Origin: Hyphochytrium catenoides
Taxonomy: Eukaryota; Protista; Hyphochytriomycota
Length of the DNA: 64,000 bases
Direction of reading: 5' to 3'
Assembly (NCBI GenBank): GCA_900088475.1
Contig: FLMG01004242.1
Span: 1-64,000 of the forward strand
Positions 11,914 through 23,600 of the stretch are shown here, piece after piece; position 1 is the first letter of the stretch, and every line of letters starts with the position of its first letter. The notes beneath the pieces were generated by a model that saw only the letters and a list, made by a program, of their open reading frames with translations, ran no database searches and was not told the DNA's origin. Made by a program: the position numbers and the translations under genes.

Positions 11914-13597
11914 ATGTCCAGCCTCAGCTTGCGGCTCGCTGTCCTACGAGGAGGTGGTTACTACGCCCCTGCCTCTGTGCCGCTGCCAACAATGCTGTCC
12001 ATGAGTTGTGCGACAAGGAATAGCCATCCCCGTCTCGGCTGGGGGCAACCTCTTCGCCCACTGTCCACAGCCACAACCCTCGCCTCCACAGAGCTTCAAG
12101 CAAAGCGTGAAGAGAGAAAGCAAAGACGGCGCTCTCTTGAGCAGCACACTAACAATATTCCGCCGTTCAAGGACTTTCTAATGCAAAGCCACGCCTCATT
12201 GACGCGGCGAGCTACTGAGGTTTTTCAGATGAACATCGGACTCTATTGCAACCAAACGTGCAGTCACTGCCATGTGGAGGCCTCACCACAGAGAAAGGAG
12301 ATGATGAACAGGGCTGTGGCGGAAAAATGCTTGGACATAATCTCCAACAGTAAGACCGTTAAAACCCTTGACATCACAGGGGGAGCGCCAGAGCTCAACT
12401 CGCAGTTTCACTTTCTGGTTACTGAGGGAAGGAAAATGGGACTGGAGGTGATCGACCGATGCAACCTCACAGTACTCTTCGAAGAAGGTCAAGAGGTACG
12501 TGCATGAGAGAGCTTTCAATGTTCCACACTCGTTCTCCTCCTGTTCACGCCTCAGATTGTTAATGAATGCCTTCCTTCGCCTTGTTGTCTCTTCCTCACC
12601 ACCTCAGAACCTCAAAGATTTTCTTGCTGAGAACGGCGTCCGAATTGTGGCCTCGCTGCCTTGTTATTCGTCGGAGAACGTGGATAAGCAGCGAGGGAAA
12701 GGTGTTTTTGATAAAAGCATCAAGGCATTGCAGCTATTGAATAGCTACGGGTGGGTGTCGGCGGCTAGAAGTGGTTAAAAGGATGTTGGTCCGTAGGCCT
12801 ACACTGGGCTAACGCTCGCCCCTGATCGTCCGCAGCTACGGGAAGGCAAACACTGGGCTCATCCTCGACCTTGTTTACAATCCAGGAGGAGCTTTTCTAC
12901 CTGGCAACCAAGAGTCGCTAGAGCAGCAGTATAAGGTAATAATATTGCTTTGAGAATCTATGGGAGGGGGGGAGGAGAGAGAGGGAGGCTCCGAGACTCT
13001 AACAACACCCCTGCCTGTCTTCTTGATTTTTTGATCCTCATTAGAGCTTCCTGCAAAGTCATTTTGGCATTGAGTTCAACACATTGTTCACCCTGGCCAA
13101 CATGCCTATCAAGAGGTTCGCGGACTATCTTCGGCGAAGAAACGAGCTGAGCTCCTATATGAAGCTCCTGGCGGAGAGTTTTAATCCAGCCACGGTGCCT
13201 CACCTGATGTGCACCAACTACGTTAGCGTGCGATGGTGAGTTCTTGTCGCTTGTGTTTCTCGCTATTGTGAACCATAACAACACGGCGATAATAACGTGT
13301 TCGATTGAAGGGACGGGTCTGTGTATGACTGTGACTTCAACCAGCAGCTTGATTTGCCAGTGATGGCCAACTCTAGCACAAGAAGACCACTCAGCGTGTT
13401 TGATGTATGCTGTACGGATGACATCCTTGAGCAGAAAATCAGAGTCGCCTCACATTGTCTGGGGTAGGTGTGGCTTTTCATTTACCGTTGAATGGCGACT
13501 CACTTCTTCCTTTGCCTTTGGTCTTTCTCTTATCAGATGCACTGCCGGGAGTGGGTCTAGTTGCCAGGGGGCAGCTGTGAAGCAGGCTGCCATCTGA
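11914..13597 (+). CDS. arsS: Arsenosugar biosynthesis radical SAM protein ArsS, 6 exons
   Basis: Exons 11914-12495, 12608-12750, 12836-12935, 13045-13235, 13311-13463, 13537-13597. Motifs: QMNIGLYCNQTCSHCHVEASP (CxxxCxxC), LDITGGAPELN, IDRCNLTVL, VASLPCY, NVDKQRGKGVF, LDLVYNPGGAFLP, FGIEFNTL..NMPIKRF, LMCTNYVSVRWDGSVYDCDFNQQL, HCLGCTAGSGSSCQG. Confidence 0.95.
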
Positions 13598-14991
13598 GTC
13601 TAGACGACTTCATCCGTTTGCCGGCGACAACGACCGAGAAGCATTGCAAGATCATCAGCATCTTTTTTTGGAGTCGAGTATTTGACAAAGATCAGACAAT
13701 CTTGTTGTACTTCATCTCAACAAGGGGAAGGACATCAGCTTTATTTTCAGGATCACCTAGCACAGGCCCAAGGCGGGATCATGGATAGAGGAAGACGGGG
13801 GTTACCAATCGTTGTACAAAATTCGGAGCGCCGTGGTGTTGATCGTATCGCCTCTAGAGCTCCAAGACCGACGCATGGGAGCCCATGGTTTTCCCAGGAT
13901 GGTGAGCTTCCAACAGTCTTCTACATCCGCCGTAGCCGCAAAGAAGATATAAGCTAGCCTCCGTTCGCTGAACGAAAGTTTGCTCAAAATGGCGCTAATA
14001 ATCGTCTTTTTATTATCTCTGCAGTGAACCACGGATAAGAACTCATATACGCTGTCCCTGAGAATCAATAAAACTTTGCTGCGGACTTTGCTGCGTCTCC
14101 CAAGCGTAGCGTTTTTGTGGGTGACACGACCGATCAGCCTCGACAGGGCTCCCTGCGTGCCCCTTCTCAATCAAACTCCGCACCACCTCCTCTTCATTCT
14201 TAATAGCTTAAGCATGTCGGCGGGTAGTCAAGTCCATTCGTCAGACGAGAGTAGGAGTCAATATGCTGCATAGGTCATTGTTCGAAAGTGGGTGGAATTC
14301 CGCTTCTGGTGGCCGGCCAACATTCTCAAGCTCCTCCATTCCTCCTATAGGCTCTTACCTGAAGAGTACTACCACTATTGTCATGCATGCCACCAAAAAA
14401 ATCAAGAGAATCTAGAGACCATCGCCATGATATTTGTTGCAAGCGCACTAAGACAGCTTTTGACAACAGCATTCAGGTGACGGTGTGGCGGCGGGTAGTG
14501 ACTCAGCTTGCTGAGACGACATGATGGTAGGAAGCTGATCCCGGCACGACGAGGGGCTGCGTTAGTAGGGTAGGGAAGTAGTCGGAGAAAAGAGAGGAGG
14601 CAGGAGAAGCAGCAGCGGGTTGAGGAGGTACCGGCGGTCAATGGCGCCTGAAGAGGAGAAAACGACAAGCTGAGGATGACGAGCCGTGGTCCCCAGACCG
14701 ATCCTTCAATATGCTGGTGGTGGTTGGCTGTTGTTGTGGGCACAACCTTTGGAGGAACACAGAAGAAGAAGAGGGAGGATGCCTCCTTCTAGGCTTCTGG
14801 TCTGCTACATACTTCCTTGCCGCCTATGGGCGCCTATGCTGCTGCTTTCCACGACCAAGACAGGGACCAACCCAGAAGGAGGGCGGGGCTCCTTGTTGGG
14901 TGCCGCCGCAAGCTTCTTGCTGCTCAATCATCCATCATCCACGCCGCTGCTTCATTCTGTTGCTTCGGCCACACTAATCAATTTAAAACGC

Positions 14992-15031
14992 NNNNNNNNN
15001 NNNNNNNNNNNNNNNNNNNNNNNNNNNNNNN
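14992..15031. other. Assembly gap (40 N)
   Basis: Run of N. Confidence 0.99.
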
Positions 15032-15438
15032 GCAACCAATCTACCGTTAGCGGCTATTCTGGACAGCCGCAGCCTTGATTTTGAAAGAGCTAGCCGTTGG
15101 GTTGGTTGCTCCTTGCTGTGGGACAAACCTTGCAATCCTCTTGTCTCTGCACTGCTCGGGCTCCAGCCGCCACAACCCCAGTCCGCTGCTTCCTGTCCCG
15201 CTCAGTTGCTTCGTGTCTTCGGCTTCCCTGGCTCCAGTTTCCGAAGCTTTGCTGGCAGCGTGCGTGCAGGCCGGAGATGGATCAGCGCTGACAATAATTG
15301 AGACTGAGAACCGGGATTACTAGAAGTGCTACAGAGGAGGAATCGTTCCGGGACAGTCATCTTGTCCCTGATCCCGCCCTCTAGGCCCGGATCCGCCTCG
15401 CTAACAGGTTTAAAGATTATTGAGCGACGCGCCACAAG

Positions 15439-18400
15439 ATGGCAATGAAATGGATCTCAATCGGTGGGGATGCAGGGACAGGGGAGTCAAGTGTCATGAG
15501 GGTGCACGAGTAAGTTCAAGGTCTAACTCTACATGCTTTGTGAGACCATATAGCTAACAAGCGTCGTTTAATTCTTTGTCTTTGCCATTTGCCATGTGAA
15601 GAGAGACATCTCGCACCATTTTGTCGAAGCTGGATCCATCACAACCGATGAATCTTATCGCGATTTTTGGCGCTGCTCGGCAGGGCAAATCTTTTCTAAT
15701 GAATCTTCTCTCGGGGCAAGAGGTAACGTCAGGCACACCTGAGAGGCGATAGCGCTAGAGCGCGAAGTATCTGCCATGATAGCATTTGTCCCAGGGGTAG
15801 GGGCGATGTGATAACTTGTTTAGTCCGTGACTCTGCTCCATTTATGGGCCGAGACTGACGAATGACGACGTGGTTTAATGTTCTTCTAAACAGGGCCTCT
15901 TCAAGATCTCAAACTCCAGAGAGCCCTGCACTCAGGGTGTGGACTTGTCAGGGTTCACAATGAATCTTGAGGAATTTAGTGCCCTTAACAACTGCATGCC
16001 GGTGAAGAAAACCAACATGAGGATTGGCTTCGTAGATGCGGAGGGACAGGGTGACCGTGATATCACTTGTATGTGCCCAAAATTTGTCAGTCCCATGCTT
16101 AAGGATCAGGCATTCCTGCCACATCTTACCACTTGTCCATTCTTCTCAAGAGAGACGGTCTTTCATCTGTTCTCTCTCTACCTGTTCTCTCTACCTATTG
16201 TGCTCTTCACTGTCGTCATTGGTATCATTAATCGCTCTCAACTGCGATACGCTTTATAGTCCTCTTTCTCTGACGTTTATATGACCTTCGCAGACGACTC
16301 TCGTCTGGTTACCCCGATTCTACTGGCCTCCAAGGCTGTCATATTTAACTGGAAAGATTCTCTTCAAGTGGACCGAATTCTCAACCTCCTGGCAGTTCTG
16401 GCTCGAGCCGCGCATGGCGTTGACGTTGGAGATGAGGGCAAGCCTTTTGGGCACCTTCACATGTACGAGTAGCCGGCCAAACCTGACAGCAAAGGGAGGA
16501 GGGTAACTAAAGAGTTGGGCACGCCAGGAGCAGAGGTGGTAGGGTTAGTAGGTGACGTACGTCGTGACGATGAGGCGATAGAGCGAAAAGTTACGAGATC
16601 GTTGTGAAAGGTAAAGGATGGAATAGGGAGAGTGGGGTCAGCCGAGACCTCCAATTGAAAAATCGTATCGCGGCCTCCACCTAAGCCCCGCCCATCTCCC
16701 GTTAAGTCTCATGCTTTCTCTTATCCCTTATCATTAGAATCTTTCGTGACTGGAACTTCGTAGATGGAACGCCGGATTCTGTCTTTGAGGACCTCTTTCG
16801 AAAGGAAAAGGGGAGAGGCTCTGAAGTTGCGGTTCGGAATCAAGCACGAGCAACCCTGCAAGAGTCGTTCCAGTCAATTACTGTCTGGCTTTTCCCTCCT
16901 CCCGTAGCTTCAACTAGGCAGTTGACAGAGAAGATATCATTTTCCATGCTACAGCCTCCTTTCCTCGCAAAATTGAAGGAACTCCGAGGATGCCTCTCAT
17001 CTCAGCTGAGGGAGCCAACACTCTTTAATGGCAAAAGGCTTACGGGAAAGAGATTGAGGTAGATCCTCATTCCACGTTTGCTAGGTTTGATTTAATATCC
17101 ACCTTCTGCGACATATCCACTCCTTGGCTACGGTGCCAATCATTTTTAGCTGCCGTTGGAGATTCCGTAACACTGACAACTGGACTCCACTGCCTCCTTG
17201 CTTTTGCGCTTGCTTCTAGTCAACTGCTTCCCGCTCTAGTGGACGTCCTAAACAGCGACCAGGTCATTCTGCCCGAGCCCATCTTTGCTTCCATGCTAAA
17301 GGCAGAAGCAGACGGGCTTAGGCGCCAGATGATAGAGGCTATTGAAAAAGAATGCCGCAGGCTGGAGAGAGATGGCCCACATGCAGATGCATACCTTAAG
17401 GAGGTTCTGGGAGCAATGTAAGGAGCAGCCACGCCAGCTTTGGACAGGTTTTTCGCTCTTCCCAGCTGCCGTCCACATAAAAGTCCCTACTTTGCTCATA
17501 TAGAATCTACTTACGCACTTGCGATTCCATCGAATCTACCTTGAACGTTTTGCTTCTCGCCGGCAGAGCCCTCGAACTTCCTTGTCTGATGGCACTTTTT
17601 AGGCTAGCTGCTGCGTTATCCAAGCTCAAAGAACAGCTGCAAGACTCCAATGTCGCGGACTCAGCAGACAAGATACTCACAGAACTTCAGAGTGACTGTG
17701 AGAGAGAAATTTCTGCGACTGTAAGAGCTAATGCGCTTGCTCTTTCCGAAAAACTTCAACAGAAATCGGCTGAGGCTTCTAAGCTGATCGAAAGAGAACT
17801 TTCTTCCCTCGAAACACAACTTCCTCTTTCTCCAGATCGCCTTGAAAGCCTGGCCTCTACCGCATTAAGGAAAGGACTGGATCAGCTTGCAGAAGTCCCA
17901 GCGTCAGAGAGAGAGTTAAGGGACAGACAAAGCTCTCTTCGCTCAATGTTTGAAGAGAGACACTCTCGGTTGGTAGCACTGAACGAGAAGGCGCTCCAGG
18001 CGAAAAAGTATGAGCTCGAAAAGAGATTGAGGAAGGAGGAAAACGAGATGCGAAAGCTCAGCAAGAAAGTAGTTGAAGAAGAACTCTCTGCTGGCTCCCC
18101 ACTTCTCCTTTCTTCTTTAGAAAAGAGGATCAAAGGCACCTTGGAGGAGAGAGTTGAAAGAGCCATAGAAGAAGCCGAGACAAGGAGTGAAGCAGGCTAC
18201 CTTCAGGAGCAGCTCCGAGAGGTACTCAGCGCCATATTGTTGGACTGTCAAGAAAAGTATCTGGAGAGGGGGAGGGAAGCTGCTCTCTCCTCCGTGAGGG
18301 AGATGAAGAAGCACTTTGACGACAAGATCCGGAGAGAGATGGATCCTCTTCTCCCCATGTCCAAAGACGATTTGCAGAGGAAAACAGAGCAATACGAGAG

Positions 18401-20413
18401 AGATGTGAAGGGGTGGATGAAAGAGAAGCTTGAAGGCTGGAGTGTGGCAGAAAAGGACGTGCACGAGGTATTGGCTGCTGTCAGAGAGTACCTTGAGCAG
18501 GTAAGTAAGAGAAGAAGGAAAATGTAGGAGGATTGGGATAGCGACTACTCTGATCACTCTTGGTCCATAACAAGGGAACAATCCTGGAGAATAGATGTCA
18601 AAAAGGGCTTAGAAGAAAAGGATGTTTCAGGGGAAGCATGAACTATGAGAGTCAGGAGTTCCTCTATTGTCTTTAGACCTCCTTGGCCATATCTGACTCC
18701 TCTAAATGACAGAAAAAGGAACATTACATTGAGAAGAACCAGCGGCTCTCGTCAGACTCCGCCCGCAGCAGAGACCAGAAGTTCTACGATGACTACGTGA
18801 AGCTCTTAAAGGGAAGGGTGGAAAGAGATCTCTTCCCGCTGCTGCCTGTGGGAGAGGAAGAGCTAAAAGGCTCTTATCAGGAAATATTTGAGGAGGGGTT
18901 CTCTTCCATCTCCCGCACGTTATCCCCATCATCCTTCCTGCGCCAACCAAGCCTGCAGGACAGACTAAAGCAGGACATGGAGTCTACCTATATTCATCTT
19001 TTATTGAAGAACAGGTTGGCCTTCTCTTATCTACTCCGCTTCCCGCTCCAATTAGGCTGTTTACCCCTTGCTCTGTCTCGGTTCAGCTTAACTCTCTGTT
19101 ATCTGGGATATCTTGATCGCTCTCATCGTGAATGTTATCCAACCCTGGGGGATGGGAGCATGAACTGATGCGTTTAACCCTGCTATCCAGGAACATTATG
19201 GAGGAGCTCAAGGTGGCAGAATTGGCAGAAAGAGAGAAGCATCTTATAAGGGAACAAGAGAGGATCTCTCGCCTCTACAAGAAGGAGCAGGATGGTATGT
19301 TACTCATCGCTATCCTCACGCCTTGTTGGCCGCCTCTCTCGTCTAACGTCCCTTCTTTTCCCTACGTCTCTTCAATCATGGCGGGGAACAAGATTTGCAG
19401 CGCGTTGCTGGAACTCACATACAAGAAGCTCAAGCACTAACACAAGAGGTGGAGAGGCTCCGGCGTCAAATAGAATCTGAAAGATTAGAAAAAGAGGCGC
19501 TTATGCACAGAGCGGGAATAGAAAGAGAGAATTTGAGACTCGCTGCAGAGAGAGAAAAGGCAGAACTTAGGGAGAGAGCGGAGAAGGAAAGGGAAAAGAG
19601 GAGCATAGCTGAGAAGGCTGCTAGAGACGCAGCAGAAGCGGCAGCACTCGCTGCGGCAGCGGCAGAGCAGGCCGTCCAGGACGCTATTCAGCCGCTCCCA
19701 GCCACAGAGGACATGGATGTGGAAGGTGCGATGCCGCCTAAGAATGCCAAGCTTGATCGCTGCTCCATCAGAGAGCTACGGCCTTTCTTGAATCAAGCTC
19801 TCTGTATTGCTCTCCTTCTCAGTCGTCCTCTGTCCCCCTTTGTGACGCGTTTATCAGGTCCAGTTGCTTCGCAGTTGGTGGCTCATCACTCTTCCTTTCT
19901 CACGTTCCTGATGATAACCTTCTGTGTCATGTACAGAGAGCACCGAGTCTGAGTCTGGGAGACGCATTACAAAGAAGAGGAAGCCATTGACAAAGGTTGA
20001 CCAGGCAGAGAACATTCCTCAGGCGCAACCCAAGGAAGATACGTCAGCCAAAAGGCAGACTTCAGCGAAGAAGAGAGGCCCTCCTGCAGCAGGTCCCATC
20101 TCTCTCTTCCACAATCTATGAGTGCTTCTGCCACCCGAGGCCTATTGTCTCGGGCATTATCTTACTTGCTAGCACTCACTCGCTACTCACGTCCTCTTCT
20201 GAAGCTTGCATCTAAAATGTGCCAAACACTGACCTCTGTGCCCCTTCTTCAGCTGCAAAGCCCACTGCTAGGTCGTCGCGCCGCTCATTAGCTGCATCAA
20301 AGGAAGGCCCTAGCCCTGTGAAGCAGACTCTGGAAGAAGCTAGGGCAGCCGCCAAGGCGCTGATGGAAGAGAGAATCGCAGCTAGGGCGGCTTCTCTCAA
20401 GAAAAAGAAGTGA
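15439..20413 (+). CDS. Guanylate-binding protein (GBP/atlastin GB1-RHD3 family) large GTPase with a long coiled-coil tail, multi-exon
   Basis: Spliced reading MAMKWISIGG...MNLIAIFGAARQGKSFLMNLL (P-loop), EPCTQGVD (G2), FVDAEGQGD (G3), IFRDW (G4), WLFPPP. Followed by long helical/coiled-coil exons (about 17560-19730) and a basic tail ending SLKKKK. Confidence 0.88.
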
Positions 20414-20694
20414 GGAAGCAAGCAAAGCTTAGGTACATCGAGGAGGAGGGCTATGGGTAATGAGAGAATGAGAGGATGTTCTATTTAGCAGCCCTAAGAG
20501 GTGCAAAGAGCAGATGATAGACCGAAGAGCTAGATCGTCTAGGGTTTATGTGTAACAGGAGGAAGAGAGAGGTCTCTTTCTCCTTTGTTACCTTTATACA
20601 CGTCTTTGCCAGCCAGGATCGGTCTATCAACTCGATGTCTATACTACAGAGGTCGTGCTGACACTCTCTTCTATAACCTATGCACATCGACTCT

Positions 20695-23600
20695 CTATAA
20701 CTTCTTTCCTTTAATGATCTCATTTTTGCCTTCCTTTCTTCGTCTTTCTTCATCCCAATCCCTTCGTCTCGCTCTTGAACTCTGGGAAGCTTTCTGGAGG
20801 AGAACGGATTGCTCCTGGAGCTTTCTTAAAAGGAGCTGTTTTTCCCTCGAGAATGCCATTTCCTTCTCCTTGAGAAGCTCCTCTGCCCGTTTCCGTCGTA
20901 GCGCTTCCTCATCTTTGCACCTCCTCAATTCGTCCTTGAGCACTCTGCACTCCGCTTGCGCCACCAGCAGGGAGTCCGGCTGAAAGGGAACATAGAAAGT
21001 GAGAAACGATTCGCGTTGTGAGGAAGATTCAAGAGTGGAGATGAGGGAGGACATGCGTAAGTAACAGGCACAGTATTTCCTAGATGGGCTGCAGTTCTCA
21101 ATACAGAGGAGCTGCTCCTAAGTCAGTCAGGGGCGGACCATACTTGCGTATCTAACTGCTTTCGTAGAGCCGCATTTTCCCTCCGTAAAGCCTGGAGATC
21201 GTCTGTTTCCTCTCTCGCTACCTCTCTACTGTGCAAAGTGAAAGAGAGCGATGAAGATACAGCGCCTGGGGCACCATCAGACTCTTCGTCAGAAGTGAGT
21301 AACCAAGGGTTCGACGCTTCCAGCTCGATCTTCTGCTTAGCCTTTCCTCCTCTCTTATCCTCTGCTAAGATACGGCCAGGCTTCCGTTTGCGTCCTCTTA
21401 GTGGAGAGGAAAGGAGAAAGCTGCTCTCGGACTCAACTATCCGATCTGGTCGCGATTCTCCAGGCTTCTAAACGAGAGGAAAGAACGCATGAAGAATGTT
21501 AGAGAGATAAACAGCATCCCCAAACAGGTACACTGGGTATTGCGCTTACCGGCTCCTCACTGATGCTTCTGATGGCGCTCACCAGCTCCTTCTTCTCTTC
21601 TTGGAGCTGCTCAATTATCTGTTCCTTCTCTCTTACTAGCTGCCTGCAGCTCTGGAGCTCAACCTAGCAGAGTCCCACAAGCACATGACATAAACATTCC
21701 ATACGGTGGGTATACCACTGAAGAACCGAAGGGGAGCGAGAACGGGAAGAAGCGATTGAAAGAAAGACAGATATGAGCAATGGCCTTGAGCTGATTGTGG
21801 AAGAGGAAGAGGCGAGCAAGAAAACGGTGAAGCCTTTACACCTACAGCTATGGCATTCCTCTCCTGCAGAGCCTCTGAGGAGGTAGCATAGGCCGCCCCA
21901 CATTCCTGCGCCAAGCTCTCATAGGATTTCATAACCAATCTGCGATCGTTCTCTGCTCTCTCTAATTGCCCTTTCCATCCCTGCATCTCCTTGAGCTCTT
22001 CCTCCCACTGCCTCCTTTGCAGCTCATCTTCCTCTTTCTCTCTTAGCAGCTTTGTAACTGCTTCCATCAGCAAGTGGTTATCGCTTCGGAGTTCCTTGAT
22101 AGTAGTCCAGAGCAACGTTTCTTTAGTTCTGTCTTCGAGGGTCGGTCTGTCTGAAACTTCTTGTCTTCTTTTGTCTACATGCAAAAGCAGAGGAGATAGG
22201 GGTTGATGGGGTGATGTTCCAGTTGTCCGGTGCGTCGGAGGTGATGGGTGACGATCTGTCGAAGCCTTCTTAGGAGAGAGAGCTCTTGAAGAAGTTATTT
22301 GAGTCCTAGGACTAAGCCACCCATAGACCGTTGGAAGGCTTTGGCGATAGGAAGGAGATAGAGAGGGAGAGAGGACTACAGGAGAAGACAGCCTGGGGAT
22401 TTCCCTTTTCTCGTGGCTGATTGTAGGTGTAGCTGACGTTCCGGAAGGCGTGGGTGAGGATTGCCATCTTGAGAAGTTGTGGACACCTTCGCTAGAGTCG
22501 GGACCATTGGTGACCCTTAATTCTCGCGCGGAATAGGTGGAGGGTGCTGTCTGTTGAGAGATGGATCTCTCCTCTCCATCGACCCTCAATCTAGCCTTTT
22601 CTTGAACCGCTAGTGCATGCGACGACAGGGCTGTAGAAAGAGAGCGAGATGAAGAAGCGGCGGAGCTTGTAGATTGCTTTGTATCGACTGATATCTTGTC
22701 GGGGTTTCCTTGCTGAATACAAATTTTAGGAGAGGCCGGTGGTGATCGTGGCATGTGCGAGCTCTCTCTAGACTTATCGTCTACCAGGGGCACTACCATG
22801 CAGATGGAAAGCGATTAAAAACAATAGAACCAGAGATGGCGAACACACACATTGTTCTGACCTGCAACCCCTCCTACCAATGGACTATCCCTGCAGAAGG
22901 GAGAAGGCACAGACCGGGCTAGGGATGTGCGCCTAGGACTAAGGCTACGAGCTCTTCGGGTGCCGCCTAAGTCAAAAGATGCTCTTTTTGTAGACTGCTT
23001 CTTGGCCCCTCTGCTCTCTCCTTGGGCAGGCTCGAAAAGGGGTCTGGCTGTATTGGAAGGTCCAGGAACTCCCTGCTCCTCAGATAGCTGTTCATCACCA
23101 TGACTTGAGCTCCCTTCATAGAGATTGGGTCCCTTGCCCTGCCATATACTACTTAGTTAGACAGCCAGGCTTTCAGATACGCTTAAATGTCAGCAAGTGT
23201 TCTTCCAAAGAAGGTGCCTCTACACTAGGCGAATTCTGGTTGTTGAAAGCTTTACGATGTACTATAACACACCCTTGGCGTCGCCGAACATGAATGACCA
23301 CACCTTACCTGATCAATCGCAAGTCGCTGGTCGTGCTCTTCAGCCATCTGCTCATTCCTAATACTACTTTGCGATAGTCCCTTGAACTTGATCGCATAAG
23401 TCATGACGTTCTGAGCCGCCTTACGACGGAAGTTGGCGAGCTTTTCTTACCTCTTGTGGGGACGAAGGAGAACAGTCTAGAGGAGCATCAGAGTGAGGAA
23501 CAGGGTGCTCTGTATGGCTCACACTGATAGGTTCAGCACTTGGCCTCTCGGTCCTTTCAAGGTTCTCCATCTCTGAACTCTCTGTGGAACGGTCATCTGC

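Noticed and set aside
4704-13597. Bacterial contaminant or chimeric contig
   Set aside because: eutBC and arsS have canonical spliceosomal introns of the same style as neighbouring eukaryotic genes, and sequence is continuous with GAS8.
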